Shown here piece by piece: positions 19,695 through 28,711 of a stretch of DNA of 64,000 nucleotides. How positions within the stretch are numbered: the first letter of the stretch is position 1; each line of letters opens with the position of its first letter. The notes beneath the pieces were generated by a model, which saw only the letters and a list, made by a program, of their open reading frames with translations, had not been told where the DNA came from and did not search any database. The DNA comes from Elusimicrobiota bacterium (GTDB lineage: Bacteria; Elusimicrobiota; Elusimicrobia; UBA1565; UBA9628), in the NCBI GenBank assembly GCA_027451985.1, contig DAIDHS010000014.1, positions 1,748 to 65,747 on the forward strand, in the 5' to 3' direction. Made by a program: the position numbers and the translations under genes.

Positions 19695-20449
19695 GCGATT
19701 TTCTCCTTTCCCTCGAAAGCCGCGCGCGTCTCGCCGACGGCGGCAAGTTCCACGCGCAGATTAAAATTATCCGGAAGATGCCGCCCCATTATCCGGGCGG
19801 CGGCGCCGCGCGGATCGGACAAGAAGCGCCCCTTAAAGTCCGGCCGGGCCGCGGCGCGTTTCAAGACGGTTCGGCGTAGGCATTGGATTTCGAATTCGTT
19901 CGGAGGCGGCGCGGGCGGAAACACCTCGCCCTCGCCCAGCACGGTGATGCGCGCCGCCAAGGCCTGCCGCCAGCACTCGCGCGCGGCGGCGAGAACGTCC
20001 GCGAAATCCCGGACCGGCGCCAGCGGCGCGGCTTTCGCACCCGAATCGGCCACCAGGGCGCCGTAGCAGGCGAGCGCTTCCCGGAGCTTTTGAAGTTCAG
20101 CGCCACTAACGTCCGCGCCCAACGCACGCGCATCGAACGCCACGCATCGGGTGCGCGGCGCCGGAATGAAAACGGGGACGCAGGTCGCGCCGACGAACTC
20201 GGTCTCCATCAAATCAAAAAGAAATTCCCCGGCCCGGACGTCGAAAAGTTTGTGCCGCCGGATGAAGACGCCGCTTTCGGGATGGCGCCGCGCCAGAAAC
20301 AGGCTGAGGCGGCCCTCCAAGACAAGCCACGCGCGGCCCGGGGAGCCACACTGAACGTAGGGAACCCCGCCGGGGAGTTCTTGTCCGACGGCCTCGATGC
20401 GTTGCTCCAAGGTCCCGGGCTCCACTGTCATCTTAGAGGATGCTATCAT
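19691..20449 (-). CDS. Hypothetical protein: cNMP-like domain plus core-less NHLP-leader-like domain (start 20449 or 20431)
   Basis: N-terminal part aligns by eye with the N-terminus of the 7149-9875 transporter; C-terminal part aligns with the precursor leaders; ATGA overlap with A2. Confidence 0.7.
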   Translation of the reverse strand: MIASSKMTVEPGTLEQRIEAVGQELPGGVPYVQCGSPGRAWLVLEGRLSLFLARRHPESGVFIRRHKLFDVRAGEFLFDLMETEFVGATCVPVFIPAPRTRCVAFDARALGADVSGAELQKLREALACYGALVADSGAKAAPLAPVRDFADVLAAARECWRQALAARITVLGEGEVFPPAPPPNEFEIQCLRRTVLKRAAARPDFKGRFLSDPRGAAARIMGRHLPDNFNLRVELAAVGETRAAFEGKEKIA

Positions 20450-20468
20450 ATTTCTCTTTTTCGTCGTT

Positions 20469-21497
20469 TTAGCGGCCAAAAAAAGCACGAGCCGCAATCG
20501 CATTACAGATCAGATACGCGACGGGATAGAGCGCGCGGGAAGCGGAGCGCACGCGCGCCGCAGTCCGGGACGAGCGCGCTTGGGCCGCGCGATGAACCAC
20601 GACGATTTCCACTATGGACAACGCGGAAAAGACGAAGCAAATGAGGAAGAACGCGTCGATGTAGGTCAGATACGGTAGGTGCGGCAGGCTGCCCGAGATG
20701 ACGAACAAGAAGGCCACCATCGTCAGCGTGGCGCTCAAGGCCACGGAGAACTGAGCCGCCACGTCAGTCTCATTGATCCACAAGGCGCAGTAGGACACGA
20801 TGACCATGATAAAGAGCGGCAGGAACACCTTCCATATATAGTAGCCGTAGCGGCGCTTGATGAGCATGTTAAAGTCGATTTCTGGGATGCTGCCGCCCTT
20901 GCCGCCCAGCACCGACTCCGCGGGCACGGCCTTCATGCCGAGCATCTTCCACTGCGCCAGAAGCGCCCAAGGCTGGCTATTGATGCCGGTCTGCCCCGGG
21001 TCGGGGATGGGATTGACCACGTCCCGCTCATCGAGGAACGGCTGGATGACCACGGGCAGGACCTGCTCGTCGAAGGGAAAACGGTGGAAGCTCATCTGCA
21101 TGGTGAGGTCGTCCTCGAAGTCCTCCCAGAAAACCACCGTGCCGTCGGGCTTGCGCCGGACGTTGGTGCCCAGCTTGAAGAGCCCGTTGACGGCGTTGGC
21201 CATGATGACGTTGGGCGTCCAGATTTTAGCCGGATCGCAGAGCCGATCTTTGTCCTTGGGGCCGCGCGGAACGTACTTGAGTCGAGGATCCTTCCACTGC
21301 TCATAGAGGTATCCCCGGATGCGGAAGGTCTGCGCGACCTCGTCGACGCCCACCAAGTCGGTCACGTAGACGCCTACTTTGACAGGCACGCGCCCGCCGC
21401 TGGACGGCGGAGGAGGAGGAATTTGACGGGCCGAAGCCCGAAGCCCCGTGGACAGAAGAGGAATCAGGAGCGTAACGGCAATTGCGGTGCGCTTCAT
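20469..21497 (-). CDS. Pentameric ligand-gated ion channel (GLIC/ELIC-like)
   Basis: Signal peptide, WKDPRL, WTP, FPFDEQ loop, RRYGYYIWKVFLP pre-M1, LPHLPYLT M2-M3 loop, four TMs. Confidence 0.92.
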   Translation of the reverse strand: MKRTAIAVTLLIPLLSTGLRASARQIPPPPPSSGGRVPVKVGVYVTDLVGVDEVAQTFRIRGYLYEQWKDPRLKYVPRGPKDKDRLCDPAKIWTPNVIMANAVNGLFKLGTNVRRKPDGTVVFWEDFEDDLTMQMSFHRFPFDEQVLPVVIQPFLDERDVVNPIPDPGQTGINSQPWALLAQWKMLGMKAVPAESVLGGKGGSIPEIDFNMLIKRRYGYYIWKVFLPLFIMVIVSYCALWINETDVAAQFSVALSATLTMVAFLFVISGSLPHLPYLTYIDAFFLICFVFSALSIVEIVVVHRAAQARSSRTAARVRSASRALYPVAYLICNAIAARAFFGR

Positions 21498-21547
21498 TTT
21501 TGAAGATTATATCCTAAAAGTTATGATCCTAATATAAGGAAAAAACG

Positions 21548-22027
21548 ATGAGCCGGGCATTCACCAAGGAAGATGCGGGCGACTTCGACGAACTGCCGGA
21601 GCGCCATCAAAGCTCCTCGCCCAACTACGTGACCCCCGAGGGCTTGGCCGCCCTGCGCCGCCGGATGGAGGAGTTGCAGAACCGGATCGCGTCTTTGCCG
21701 CGGGAGAGCCAGCAGGCGAAGGAAGCACGCCGAGATCTGCATTACTACACGGGCCGGGTTTCAAGCGCCCTTTTGGTCGAACCGCAGGCCGCCTCGGCCG
21801 CAGAGGCGCGCTTTGGCGCAACGGTCGCCCTGCGGCGCAAGAACGGAAGCCTACGCCGCGTCAAAATCGTGGGGCAGGACGAAGCCGAGAGCGCCGAAGA
21901 CAAAATCGCCTGGGACTCGGCCCTGGCTATGGCGCTCATGGGGGGCAAAGCCGGAGACCGCGTCGAGACCGAGGACGAGGGGCCGCTGACCATCGCGGAG
22001 ATCCTCTACGAAAAGGCGCCCAAATAA
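21548..22027 (+). CDS. GreA/GreB-family elongation factor
   Basis: MSRAFTKE, NYVTPEG, FGATV, IVGQDEA, IAWDSALA. Confidence 0.88.
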   Translation: MSRAFTKEDAGDFDELPERHQSSSPNYVTPEGLAALRRRMEELQNRIASLPRESQQAKEARRDLHYYTGRVSSALLVEPQAASAAEARFGATVALRRKNGSLRRVKIVGQDEAESAEDKIAWDSALAMALMGGKAGDRVETEDEGPLTIAEILYEKAPK

Positions 22028-22070
22028 GCTAAAGTCAGAAAATAAATTCGGCGGCAAAAGGAGATTCGGC

Positions 22071-22235
22071 ATGGCGATCGTGGAGTTCGGAGAATTCAAG
22101 GGCAACAAGATGATCATCCTCAAACGCAATGAGGAGGATAAGTACCCCTTTCAGTTCGGCCTCAGCAAGGCATCTCTTATCCTCGAGCACATCGAGGACA
22201 TCCGCAAGTTCGTTGCGGACAACCAGAAAGCTTAG
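22071..22235 (+). CDS. Small hypothetical protein, 54 aa (not in ORF track)
   Basis: AGGAG RBS, GC3-rich codons; MAIVEFGEFKGNKMIILKRNEEDKYPFQFGLSKASLILEHIEDIRKFVADNQKA. Confidence 0.75.
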   Translation: MAIVEFGEFKGNKMIILKRNEEDKYPFQFGLSKASLILEHIEDIRKFVADNQKA

Positions 22236-22237
22236 GG

Positions 22238-22420
22238 CTAAGGAAGCGCTTCCCGAGCGTACGCGGAGCAGGACAACACCGGAAGCCTGGGATATTTCGG
22301 TAACCCCCGCTCCGCGGGCGCCGTGCACAAATAAATAATCGCGGTGCTTTTTGTTTTAAGCCTGCGCGCGTTGGCGCAGACGGCGCACAAACCCGCCCGC
22401 TCGGTCTCAGGAAGCATCAC
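22238..22420 (-). CDS. Small Cys-rich hypothetical protein
   Basis: GLCAVC...YLC...PKYPRLPVLSC; four Cys; follows moeZ. Confidence 0.6.
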   Translation of the reverse strand: MMLPETERAGLCAVCANARRLKTKSTAIIYLCTAPAERGLPKYPRLPVLSCSAYAREALP

Positions 22421-22447
22421 GAGGCCGGCGCGTCTCCGCGGCCTTTC

Positions 22448-23890
22448 TCAATAGGTCGGCACGCTCGGATCAATGCGTTCTGACCAAGCGGCGATGCCCC
22501 CGGCCACGTTGACCGCATTTTTAAATCCCGCGCCGCGCAGAAACTCAACCGCCTTGGCGGAGCGCCCGCCCATCTTGCAGTGCACCAGGATGTCGGCCGC
22601 AGAGTCGAGCTCATGCAGGCGCTCGGGCAGCTGGCCCAGGGGAATGAGCGTTGAGCCAGGCAGGCGGCAGATGTCGTACTCCTCCTGCTCGCGCACATCG
22701 AGGATGAATATGTCGTCCTTGCGGTCCATGCGAGCCTTCAGGTCCTCGACGCTGATTTCGGGAATCCCGGCCGCGGTAGCTTTTTTCTCCTCGCCGCGGA
22801 TGCTGCAGAACTCCTCGTAGTCGATGAGCGTTTTGATGCTGGGCTTGGCCCCGCACACGGGGCAGTCGGGATCTTTGCGCAGCGCCAGTTTTCGCCAGCC
22901 CATCTTCAAGGCGTCGAAAAGCACAAGTTGGCCGATCAATGGTTCGCCAATGCCCACGATAAGCTTGATGGTCTCGGCGGCCTGCAAGGCTCCAACCACG
23001 CCCGGCAAAACGCCCAGCACGCCTCCTTCGGCGCACGACGGCACCAAGCCCGGCGGAGGCGGCTCAGAGTAGACGCAGCGGTAGCACGGCCCGCGCTCGG
23101 CCCAGAACACCGAGACCTGGCCGTCGAAGCGGAAGATGCTGCCGTAAACGTTGGGCTTGCCCAGAAGGACGCAGGCGTCGTTGACCAGGTAGCGCGTGGG
23201 GAAGTTGTCCGTGCCGTCCACCACGATGTCGTAACCCTTAATGATGTCCAAGGCGTTGTGCGAGGATAGCCTGACTTCGTGGGTTTGAATCTTGATGGTC
23301 GGGTTGACGTCCAGAAGCCGGGCGCGCGCTGATTCCAGCTTGGGCTTTCCCACCGCATCGGTGGAGTGGATGATTTGCCGCTGCAAGTTGGAAAGCTCGA
23401 CCACGTCGAAATCCACGATACCGATCGTGCCCACCCCGGCCGCGGCCAAGTACAGGCTCAGGGGCGAGCCCAGTCCGCCCGCGCCAATCGTCAAGACCCT
23501 GGCTTCCTTGAGTTTTTTCTGTCCGGCCATACCCACCTCGGGCATGATGAGATGGCGGCTGTAGCGTTTGATTTCCTCGGCGCTAAACGTCGTCTCCTCT
23601 TTAGCCGGGGCCGCGTTGCCGCCCGCAATCGAAGGCACAATGAGCAGAACGTCACCGTCCTTGACCGGAGTTTGTGCGCCCTGCAGGTGCCGGATGTCCG
23701 CGTCGTTTAGGAACACATTGACGAAATGGCGCAGCTTGCCGTCGTCGCCGATCAAGTGTTTTTTAAGCGCGGCGTATCTGCTCGTCAAGGCGTCCAATAC
23801 GGCCCCCACGGTCGCCCCCTCCAGCTCCACCACCTCTTTTTTCTCGACGTACTGCCGCAAAGCCGTCGGCACGTGCACTCTAACCTTCAT
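22448..23890 (-). CDS. moeZ: MoaD/CysO ubiquitin-like domain fused to MoeB (E1-like) and rhodanese (MoeZ-type)
   Basis: Ubl ending PSIAGG (aa 86-91); RYSRH, GAGGLG, SNLQRQ, CYRC/CPVC; rhodanese HCKMGGRS. Confidence 0.92.
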   Translation of the reverse strand: MKVRVHVPTALRQYVEKKEVVELEGATVGAVLDALTSRYAALKKHLIGDDGKLRHFVNVFLNDADIRHLQGAQTPVKDGDVLLIVPSIAGGNAAPAKEETTFSAEEIKRYSRHLIMPEVGMAGQKKLKEARVLTIGAGGLGSPLSLYLAAAGVGTIGIVDFDVVELSNLQRQIIHSTDAVGKPKLESARARLLDVNPTIKIQTHEVRLSSHNALDIIKGYDIVVDGTDNFPTRYLVNDACVLLGKPNVYGSIFRFDGQVSVFWAERGPCYRCVYSEPPPPGLVPSCAEGGVLGVLPGVVGALQAAETIKLIVGIGEPLIGQLVLFDALKMGWRKLALRKDPDCPVCGAKPSIKTLIDYEEFCSIRGEEKKATAAGIPEISVEDLKARMDRKDDIFILDVREQEEYDICRLPGSTLIPLGQLPERLHELDSAADILVHCKMGGRSAKAVEFLRGAGFKNAVNVAGGIAAWSERIDPSVPTY

Positions 23891-24333
23891 CAAAGAACCT
23901 CCGTTCTCCCCTCGATAAAGCTGCGTCCGTCCTCGGATCGCCGCCACACCCGCAAGTCCCCTGCGCCTGCCGCCGTCATCGCGACGATCAAGTAGGCGTA
24001 GGCGGGCCAAGCGCGCTGCAAATCAAAAGGCGACGGCCACGCAGGGGCGTCGGGATGTGAGTGGTAAATGCCCACGATGCCGCGGGGTTGACCCGAAAAT
24101 TCCTTCTCGACCGCGGCCCAGGCCTGCGGGTCCATCTCGTAGCGATCGTTTTTTCTTTGCGGGTTGGCCATATTTTTGAGCGGCCGAGCGTCCAGGACGC
24201 GCACGTCCGATTCGGGATCGCCGAAGCCGGAGGAGATGTCGCCGATTAAAAGCCCGCAGCCTTCCTCGGGATAAGTTTCGCGCACGTGATCTTGAATGGC
24301 CTTCATGACCGCGTTCGGAATAAAGAGCGTCAC
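23890..24333 (-). CDS. JAB/Mov34 metalloprotease (Mec-like)
   Basis: YPEEGCG and YHSHPDAPAWPSPFD JAMM motif; GTGA overlap with cysM. Confidence 0.9.
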   Translation of the reverse strand: MTLFIPNAVMKAIQDHVRETYPEEGCGLLIGDISSGFGDPESDVRVLDARPLKNMANPQRKNDRYEMDPQAWAAVEKEFSGQPRGIVGIYHSHPDAPAWPSPFDLQRAWPAYAYLIVAMTAAGAGDLRVWRRSEDGRSFIEGRTEVL

Positions 24334-25268
24334 TTGGCCGTCTCCCAGAAACGCTCGCTCAAGTAGCGCTCGCCGCCGTCCGGCAGAACCGTAGCCAAGA
24401 CCGCGTCCCGACCGTCCCGAAAAAGTTCTTGCCCGACCGCAAAGCACGCGGCTAGATTCGCACCACCCGAAATGCCGATGAGCACGCCCTCGTCTTTCGC
24501 CGCGCGCAGGACCCACCCGTAGGCGTCCTCCGTTGCAATCTCCAGGTTCCGATCCGCCAAGCGCGGGTCGTAGATGCCGGGGACAATGGCGCTGTCCATG
24601 TGCTTCAAGCCCTCCAAACCGTGCAGGGGCGAGTCGGGCTGGACCGAAATCAGCTTCACGCCGGGGTTCAATTCTTTGAGCTTGGTCCCGATGCCGCGGA
24701 ACGTGCCGCTTGTGCCCAAACCCGCGACGAAGTGCGTGACGCGGCCCTGGGTCTGCTCCCAAATTTCCGGGCCCGTGGTTTCGTAGTGCGCCTTCCAATT
24801 CTCGGGGTTGTTGTACTGGTCGGGATAGAAATAAAGCTCTGGATTTTCCGCGTTGAGCTCGCGCGCCTTGCGGATGGCGCCGTCGGGGCCTTCAAGCGGA
24901 TCGGTCAGCACAAGCTCCGCCCCGTAAGCCAGCAGGATTTTCTTTCGCTCCGCGTTGATGTTGCCGGGCACGGCCAGACGAACCCTGTAGCCCAGCTTCG
25001 CGCCCATCCAGGCATACGCGATGCCCGTGTTGCCCGAGGTGGCGTCCATGATGATCTTGCCGGGCGTCAAGAGCCCCGCGCGCTCGGCGGCGCGCAACAT
25101 CCCAAGAGCCGCGCGGTCCTTGATCGAGCCGCCGGGGTTGCGCCACTCCGCCTTGGCGGCGATTTGAACACGTCCCCCAAATGCGCGCGCGAGCTTCGGG
25201 AAAGAAATGAGCGGGGTGTTCCCGACCCCCAAATCTTGCTTCGGAACCGGACTGGCCTGCGCGCGCAT
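24330..25268 (-). CDS. cysM: PLP-dependent cysteine synthase
   Basis: NPGGSIKDR, TSGNTG, GLGTSGT, DGGERYLS. Confidence 0.9.
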   Translation of the reverse strand: MRAQASPVPKQDLGVGNTPLISFPKLARAFGGRVQIAAKAEWRNPGGSIKDRAALGMLRAAERAGLLTPGKIIMDATSGNTGIAYAWMGAKLGYRVRLAVPGNINAERKKILLAYGAELVLTDPLEGPDGAIRKARELNAENPELYFYPDQYNNPENWKAHYETTGPEIWEQTQGRVTHFVAGLGTSGTFRGIGTKLKELNPGVKLISVQPDSPLHGLEGLKHMDSAIVPGIYDPRLADRNLEIATEDAYGWVLRAAKDEGVLIGISGGANLAACFAVGQELFRDGRDAVLATVLPDGGERYLSERFWETAK

Positions 25269-25319
25269 CTGATTATTATACGTGTTATGTCTTGCCTCAA
25301 ACTGTGTGGGAGAGCCGAA

Positions 25320-26774
25320 TCAGAAGGCTAATTGCGAGCGCATCCCGATGATGCGTTCAATGGGGCGATTGCCCGTGCCATTGCCGCCTGCGAACCAAGT
25401 TTGCTCGTAGTCCACAGCTAACCGCACGAAATTATTCAAATACCAATTCAGCGCGAGAGTATAGGCTGTCGCCCGCGATGCGGAAACAGAGGAATCGGCG
25501 AAAGTCGGGAAAGTTTTCGGATCGAGCTGCAGCTGGTGAAGCCGCGCGGCTACCTCCCAGGCCCCCCAAGTTCCCGCCCGGGGGTCGAACACCTTTTTTG
25601 GAATGACACCCTCGTAAGAGGCATCCTCGCCGGTGAGCACCCAAGATGCCGCGCTCTGCCAAGCGCGATTGGTCAGGCGAGCTCGTGCGTTGCCCGCCTG
25701 AGCCACCTGGCTGGTTTGCGCATACTCCGCATAGACAGCGACGGGGCCTAAATAATAGGAAGCCTGCGGGACCAGATGAATTTGCTCGCCGCTGAAGGCC
25801 ACGGTGTTCCTGTAACTCATAAACTGTTCTTGGCCTATCGCGGTTCTAAAAACCGGAACCCCCGGATTCGAGGCGGCATAGCTGCCCGCGAACCCGAAAC
25901 CCAAGTTCTCAAGCTTGCGGCGGCCGGAATTCTTGAGCGGCTGAAAAAAAGTCCGCGCGACCAATTCCTTGGCATTGCCGGAGGGGCTGTCGATCGCATG
26001 AGCGGCGTCGGCCGTTCCGTTGGTGAAGGAAGCTTGATATGTGAAAGCATCGCCAAGAAGTCCGCCGAAAAACTCCACTCCAGTATCACGCGACGGCATC
26101 AGATCCGCTGTCAAGCCCCGCTCCATGAACGTCAAGTCGCTGGCGGCGCGCAGCCGCTCCAGACCCAGAGGAGGCTTGAACTTCCCGATTCGCAGATTCG
26201 CGAACGACCATGGACGGACGTCCAGGAACGAATCGTCAATTCCGACGGTATTTAAGCCGAAATCCGGCTGAAAAAAGAAATCATAAAACCCGGACACATT
26301 GCCCGCCAAGACAGGGCGCGCGCGCCTCAAAAAAAAGCCGCTCGTTACAGGCGCCTGCCCAGAAGCATTGACTGCGGGGGCATAAGCCGCGGGATTGGAT
26401 CCGCTTCCCGTGTAGAAACGGCCGTCAGTCTGGATAATGCCTTGAAATTGGATTTTAAAATTCCCGTCCGGCGACCTCAAAGAGAAACCAGACAGTCCGG
26501 CAAAAGATTCGCCCGCAGGAGGATTCTCGGGCCCGATGGCCATGCGCGGCCGGCTAAATGCCCCCGCCGGCTCGTGCGCCCCCACAAGCTGCAGTTCCCT
26601 GCGCATGGACTCCACTTGGCTCTCCAGCAGATCCACGCGCTGCCCCAAGGTTCTCGTGGACACGGAAATCGCGGGCACAGAATATTCTTCGGCACGAAGA
26701 GGCCGGGCCTGCGCGCACAGAAGAGCGGCAGATATCCCCGCGAAGATTAGAATATTTATTTTTATCGCCTTCAT
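25320..26774 (-). CDS. OprO/OprP-family anion-selective porin
   Basis: Signal peptide, FLRRARP, GKFKPPLGLERL, GAWEVAAR, ALNWYLN, terminal Phe. Confidence 0.85.
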   Translation of the reverse strand: MKAIKINILIFAGISAALLCAQARPLRAEEYSVPAISVSTRTLGQRVDLLESQVESMRRELQLVGAHEPAGAFSRPRMAIGPENPPAGESFAGLSGFSLRSPDGNFKIQFQGIIQTDGRFYTGSGSNPAAYAPAVNASGQAPVTSGFFLRRARPVLAGNVSGFYDFFFQPDFGLNTVGIDDSFLDVRPWSFANLRIGKFKPPLGLERLRAASDLTFMERGLTADLMPSRDTGVEFFGGLLGDAFTYQASFTNGTADAAHAIDSPSGNAKELVARTFFQPLKNSGRRKLENLGFGFAGSYAASNPGVPVFRTAIGQEQFMSYRNTVAFSGEQIHLVPQASYYLGPVAVYAEYAQTSQVAQAGNARARLTNRAWQSAASWVLTGEDASYEGVIPKKVFDPRAGTWGAWEVAARLHQLQLDPKTFPTFADSSVSASRATAYTLALNWYLNNFVRLAVDYEQTWFAGGNGTGNRPIERIIGMRSQLAF

Positions 26775-26994
26775 CAGCGCTTCAAGAGAATTTTATATCC
26801 CACTATTATACGCGTTCCGCTTCGGACTTTCGTGCCATATTTAAGCGCCTGAGTTGTCCAGATCATTTATGGAAGAGGCATCGGATGCAACGCAAGGCAT
26901 TGGCCGTTTGGCAGGAAGACTTGTGAAGTCGGGCAAGGGTAGTCAGCCCGCAAACATCATCAGCGGCGCAACCCTACCTTCTGAAAATACGCCC

Positions 26995-27870
26995 TTAATG
27001 GGCGGCGAAAGCGGCCGGCACGGGATAGTAAATCTTCAGATTGCCGACCGCGTCGCGGCTCAAGGCCACCGTGGTCTGGTCCGGGCTGTCCTTGCTGTTT
27101 TGCCGGGCCTCGGACGGCGCGGAGACTAGGACGCCGGCCCCCGCTCGCGGGATGTCCGTATCAAGCACGTGGAATCCGCCGACTTTGTCGCCGTCTAGCG
27201 TCATGAAGACCAGCAAGTTGTCGCCGCTGTAGCGCGCGAAGCCCCCATTACCGTCTTCAATGAAGTTCCGGCTGTAAATAAGCCGGTAGTCCTTGCCTCC
27301 GAGACGCAGAGGAACGCCGGTTTCGTAAGCATCTCGGACCATGTCGGCGATGAGGAAAGTCGCGGATTCTCCCCGTCCGTCCATGGACTTGATCACCAAC
27401 CGGCTTTGCATCGTATCCGACACGCACAAATCAATGTAAACACGGTAGGGAATATGGTTGAACTTCATGGTCATCGCGTCGTTGAGCAGGCTCAGCCCGA
27501 GAACCTTGATGCGGGGGAGCTTGTTTCCCTTTACAAAGATCGGCCGAGCGGCGTTCTCAGGCCAGAACTCTATAAACCAAGATTTCCTGTTTTCGCTTTT
27601 TGTCCCGAACACGTGCACGGGAACCCCTGCGGCCATGAACACCGCCGAGGTCCGGCGATCGGCGTCCAAAATCGGAGGCAGAACCACGGTATAAATCGGC
27701 CGTCCGAGAGCGGGGTTCGCCATTTCGTATGCGGGAAAATGCAGCGGAGCGAAATGGATGAACCCGGCGCCGACGCCGGCTTGAAGCTCCAGGCTTCGCA
27801 AGGCCGACGGGCTTTGCGCCCGGGCCGGCAGGGCCAGAACCGCGCCGAGCAGGACGGCGGAGAGCATCAT
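26995..27870 (-). CDS. Secreted hypothetical protein
   Basis: Signal-peptide-like N-terminus; plausible codon usage. Confidence 0.65.
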   Translation of the reverse strand: MMLSAVLLGAVLALPARAQSPSALRSLELQAGVGAGFIHFAPLHFPAYEMANPALGRPIYTVVLPPILDADRRTSAVFMAAGVPVHVFGTKSENRKSWFIEFWPENAARPIFVKGNKLPRIKVLGLSLLNDAMTMKFNHIPYRVYIDLCVSDTMQSRLVIKSMDGRGESATFLIADMVRDAYETGVPLRLGGKDYRLIYSRNFIEDGNGGFARYSGDNLLVFMTLDGDKVGGFHVLDTDIPRAGAGVLVSAPSEARQNSKDSPDQTTVALSRDAVGNLKIYYPVPAAFAAH

Positions 27871-27955
27871 TACGGATAAGCGTACGCGGGGAAAAACCGC
27901 GGCGCCGGGGCCTAAAGGTCAAAAAACGGCAGCCAAAGGACCTACCTCTTGCGGC

Positions 27956-28684
27956 CTAGAACGTCCGGACCAGCGCCGCGGCCGCGCCCAATCCGTAGTA
28001 GCCGACGCCGTCCCGGTCCCCCATGGAGCGCAAGCCGTCGAGGGCGGCGTTAATTCGCCAATTGGAGTCGGGAATCTGCCACTCGTAACCCAGGCCGACG
28101 TCCCAGGCGGCCGAGGTCCCCACGATGGGAGAGGAAAAATCCGACGCGGGCGCGCCGGAGACCTGCGACGCAGCCAAGCCCACGCGCAAAAGCACGTAGC
28201 GGGTCTGCGGCGTCGCCAAGGGAACCAAAGCGAGTTCGATTCCGGCGGGAACGGTCCAGCGCATTAAATCCGCGGAACTGCCGTTCATCCGAGCCTGGCT
28301 CAAGGACTCGGCCTCCAAGCCCGCGTAGGCCCGCAGCCAGGGAGTAAGATGCCGCTCGTAAAGAGCCCTGGCGCCGAATCCTCCCCGGGCCGGCGATCCT
28401 CCGCCATTTCCGGAAATCGGGAAAAGCGTCGTTGACGCGGGGCCCAGTTCTAGCGACCACGCCGCATGCGGCGCGGCCAAGCTGTTCTCGCTGAGCGAGA
28501 CCTCCCGCACCTGCCCGGAAATCATCGGCTTGTTGGAATTGAGGTAATGAAGAAAAGTCACTTTGTCCTGCTGCGTCCAGGCCCGCTGATCGCCCAAAGA
28601 CGGCATGGCTTTGGCGCGGCAGGGGGCCCAGAGCGACAAAGAAACCGCGCACGCGAGCAGCCCGCATCCGTTCTGTGGCTTCAT
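27956..28684 (-). CDS. Putative outer-membrane beta-barrel protein
   Basis: Signal peptide, alternating beta strands (WDVGLGYEW), terminal Phe. Confidence 0.6.
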   Translation of the reverse strand: MKPQNGCGLLACAVSLSLWAPCRAKAMPSLGDQRAWTQQDKVTFLHYLNSNKPMISGQVREVSLSENSLAAPHAAWSLELGPASTTLFPISGNGGGSPARGGFGARALYERHLTPWLRAYAGLEAESLSQARMNGSSADLMRWTVPAGIELALVPLATPQTRYVLLRVGLAASQVSGAPASDFSSPIVGTSAAWDVGLGYEWQIPDSNWRINAALDGLRSMGDRDGVGYYGLGAAAALVRTF

Positions 28685-28711
28685 TCGGAAATGTATTATA
28701 TACCTTTCGCG

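Noticed and set aside
22035-22338. ORF-track entries 22035-22328 (-) and 22129-22338 (+)
   Set aside because: Better explained by the 54-aa gene at 22071-22235 and the Cys-rich gene at 22238-22420
26863-26973. Cys-rich minus-strand frame (5 Cys in 36 codons) as an attenuator leader or riboswitch for the porin-cysM genes
   Set aside because: No good start codon, no recognisable riboswitch core, and a TATAAT at 26805-26810 lies downstream of it
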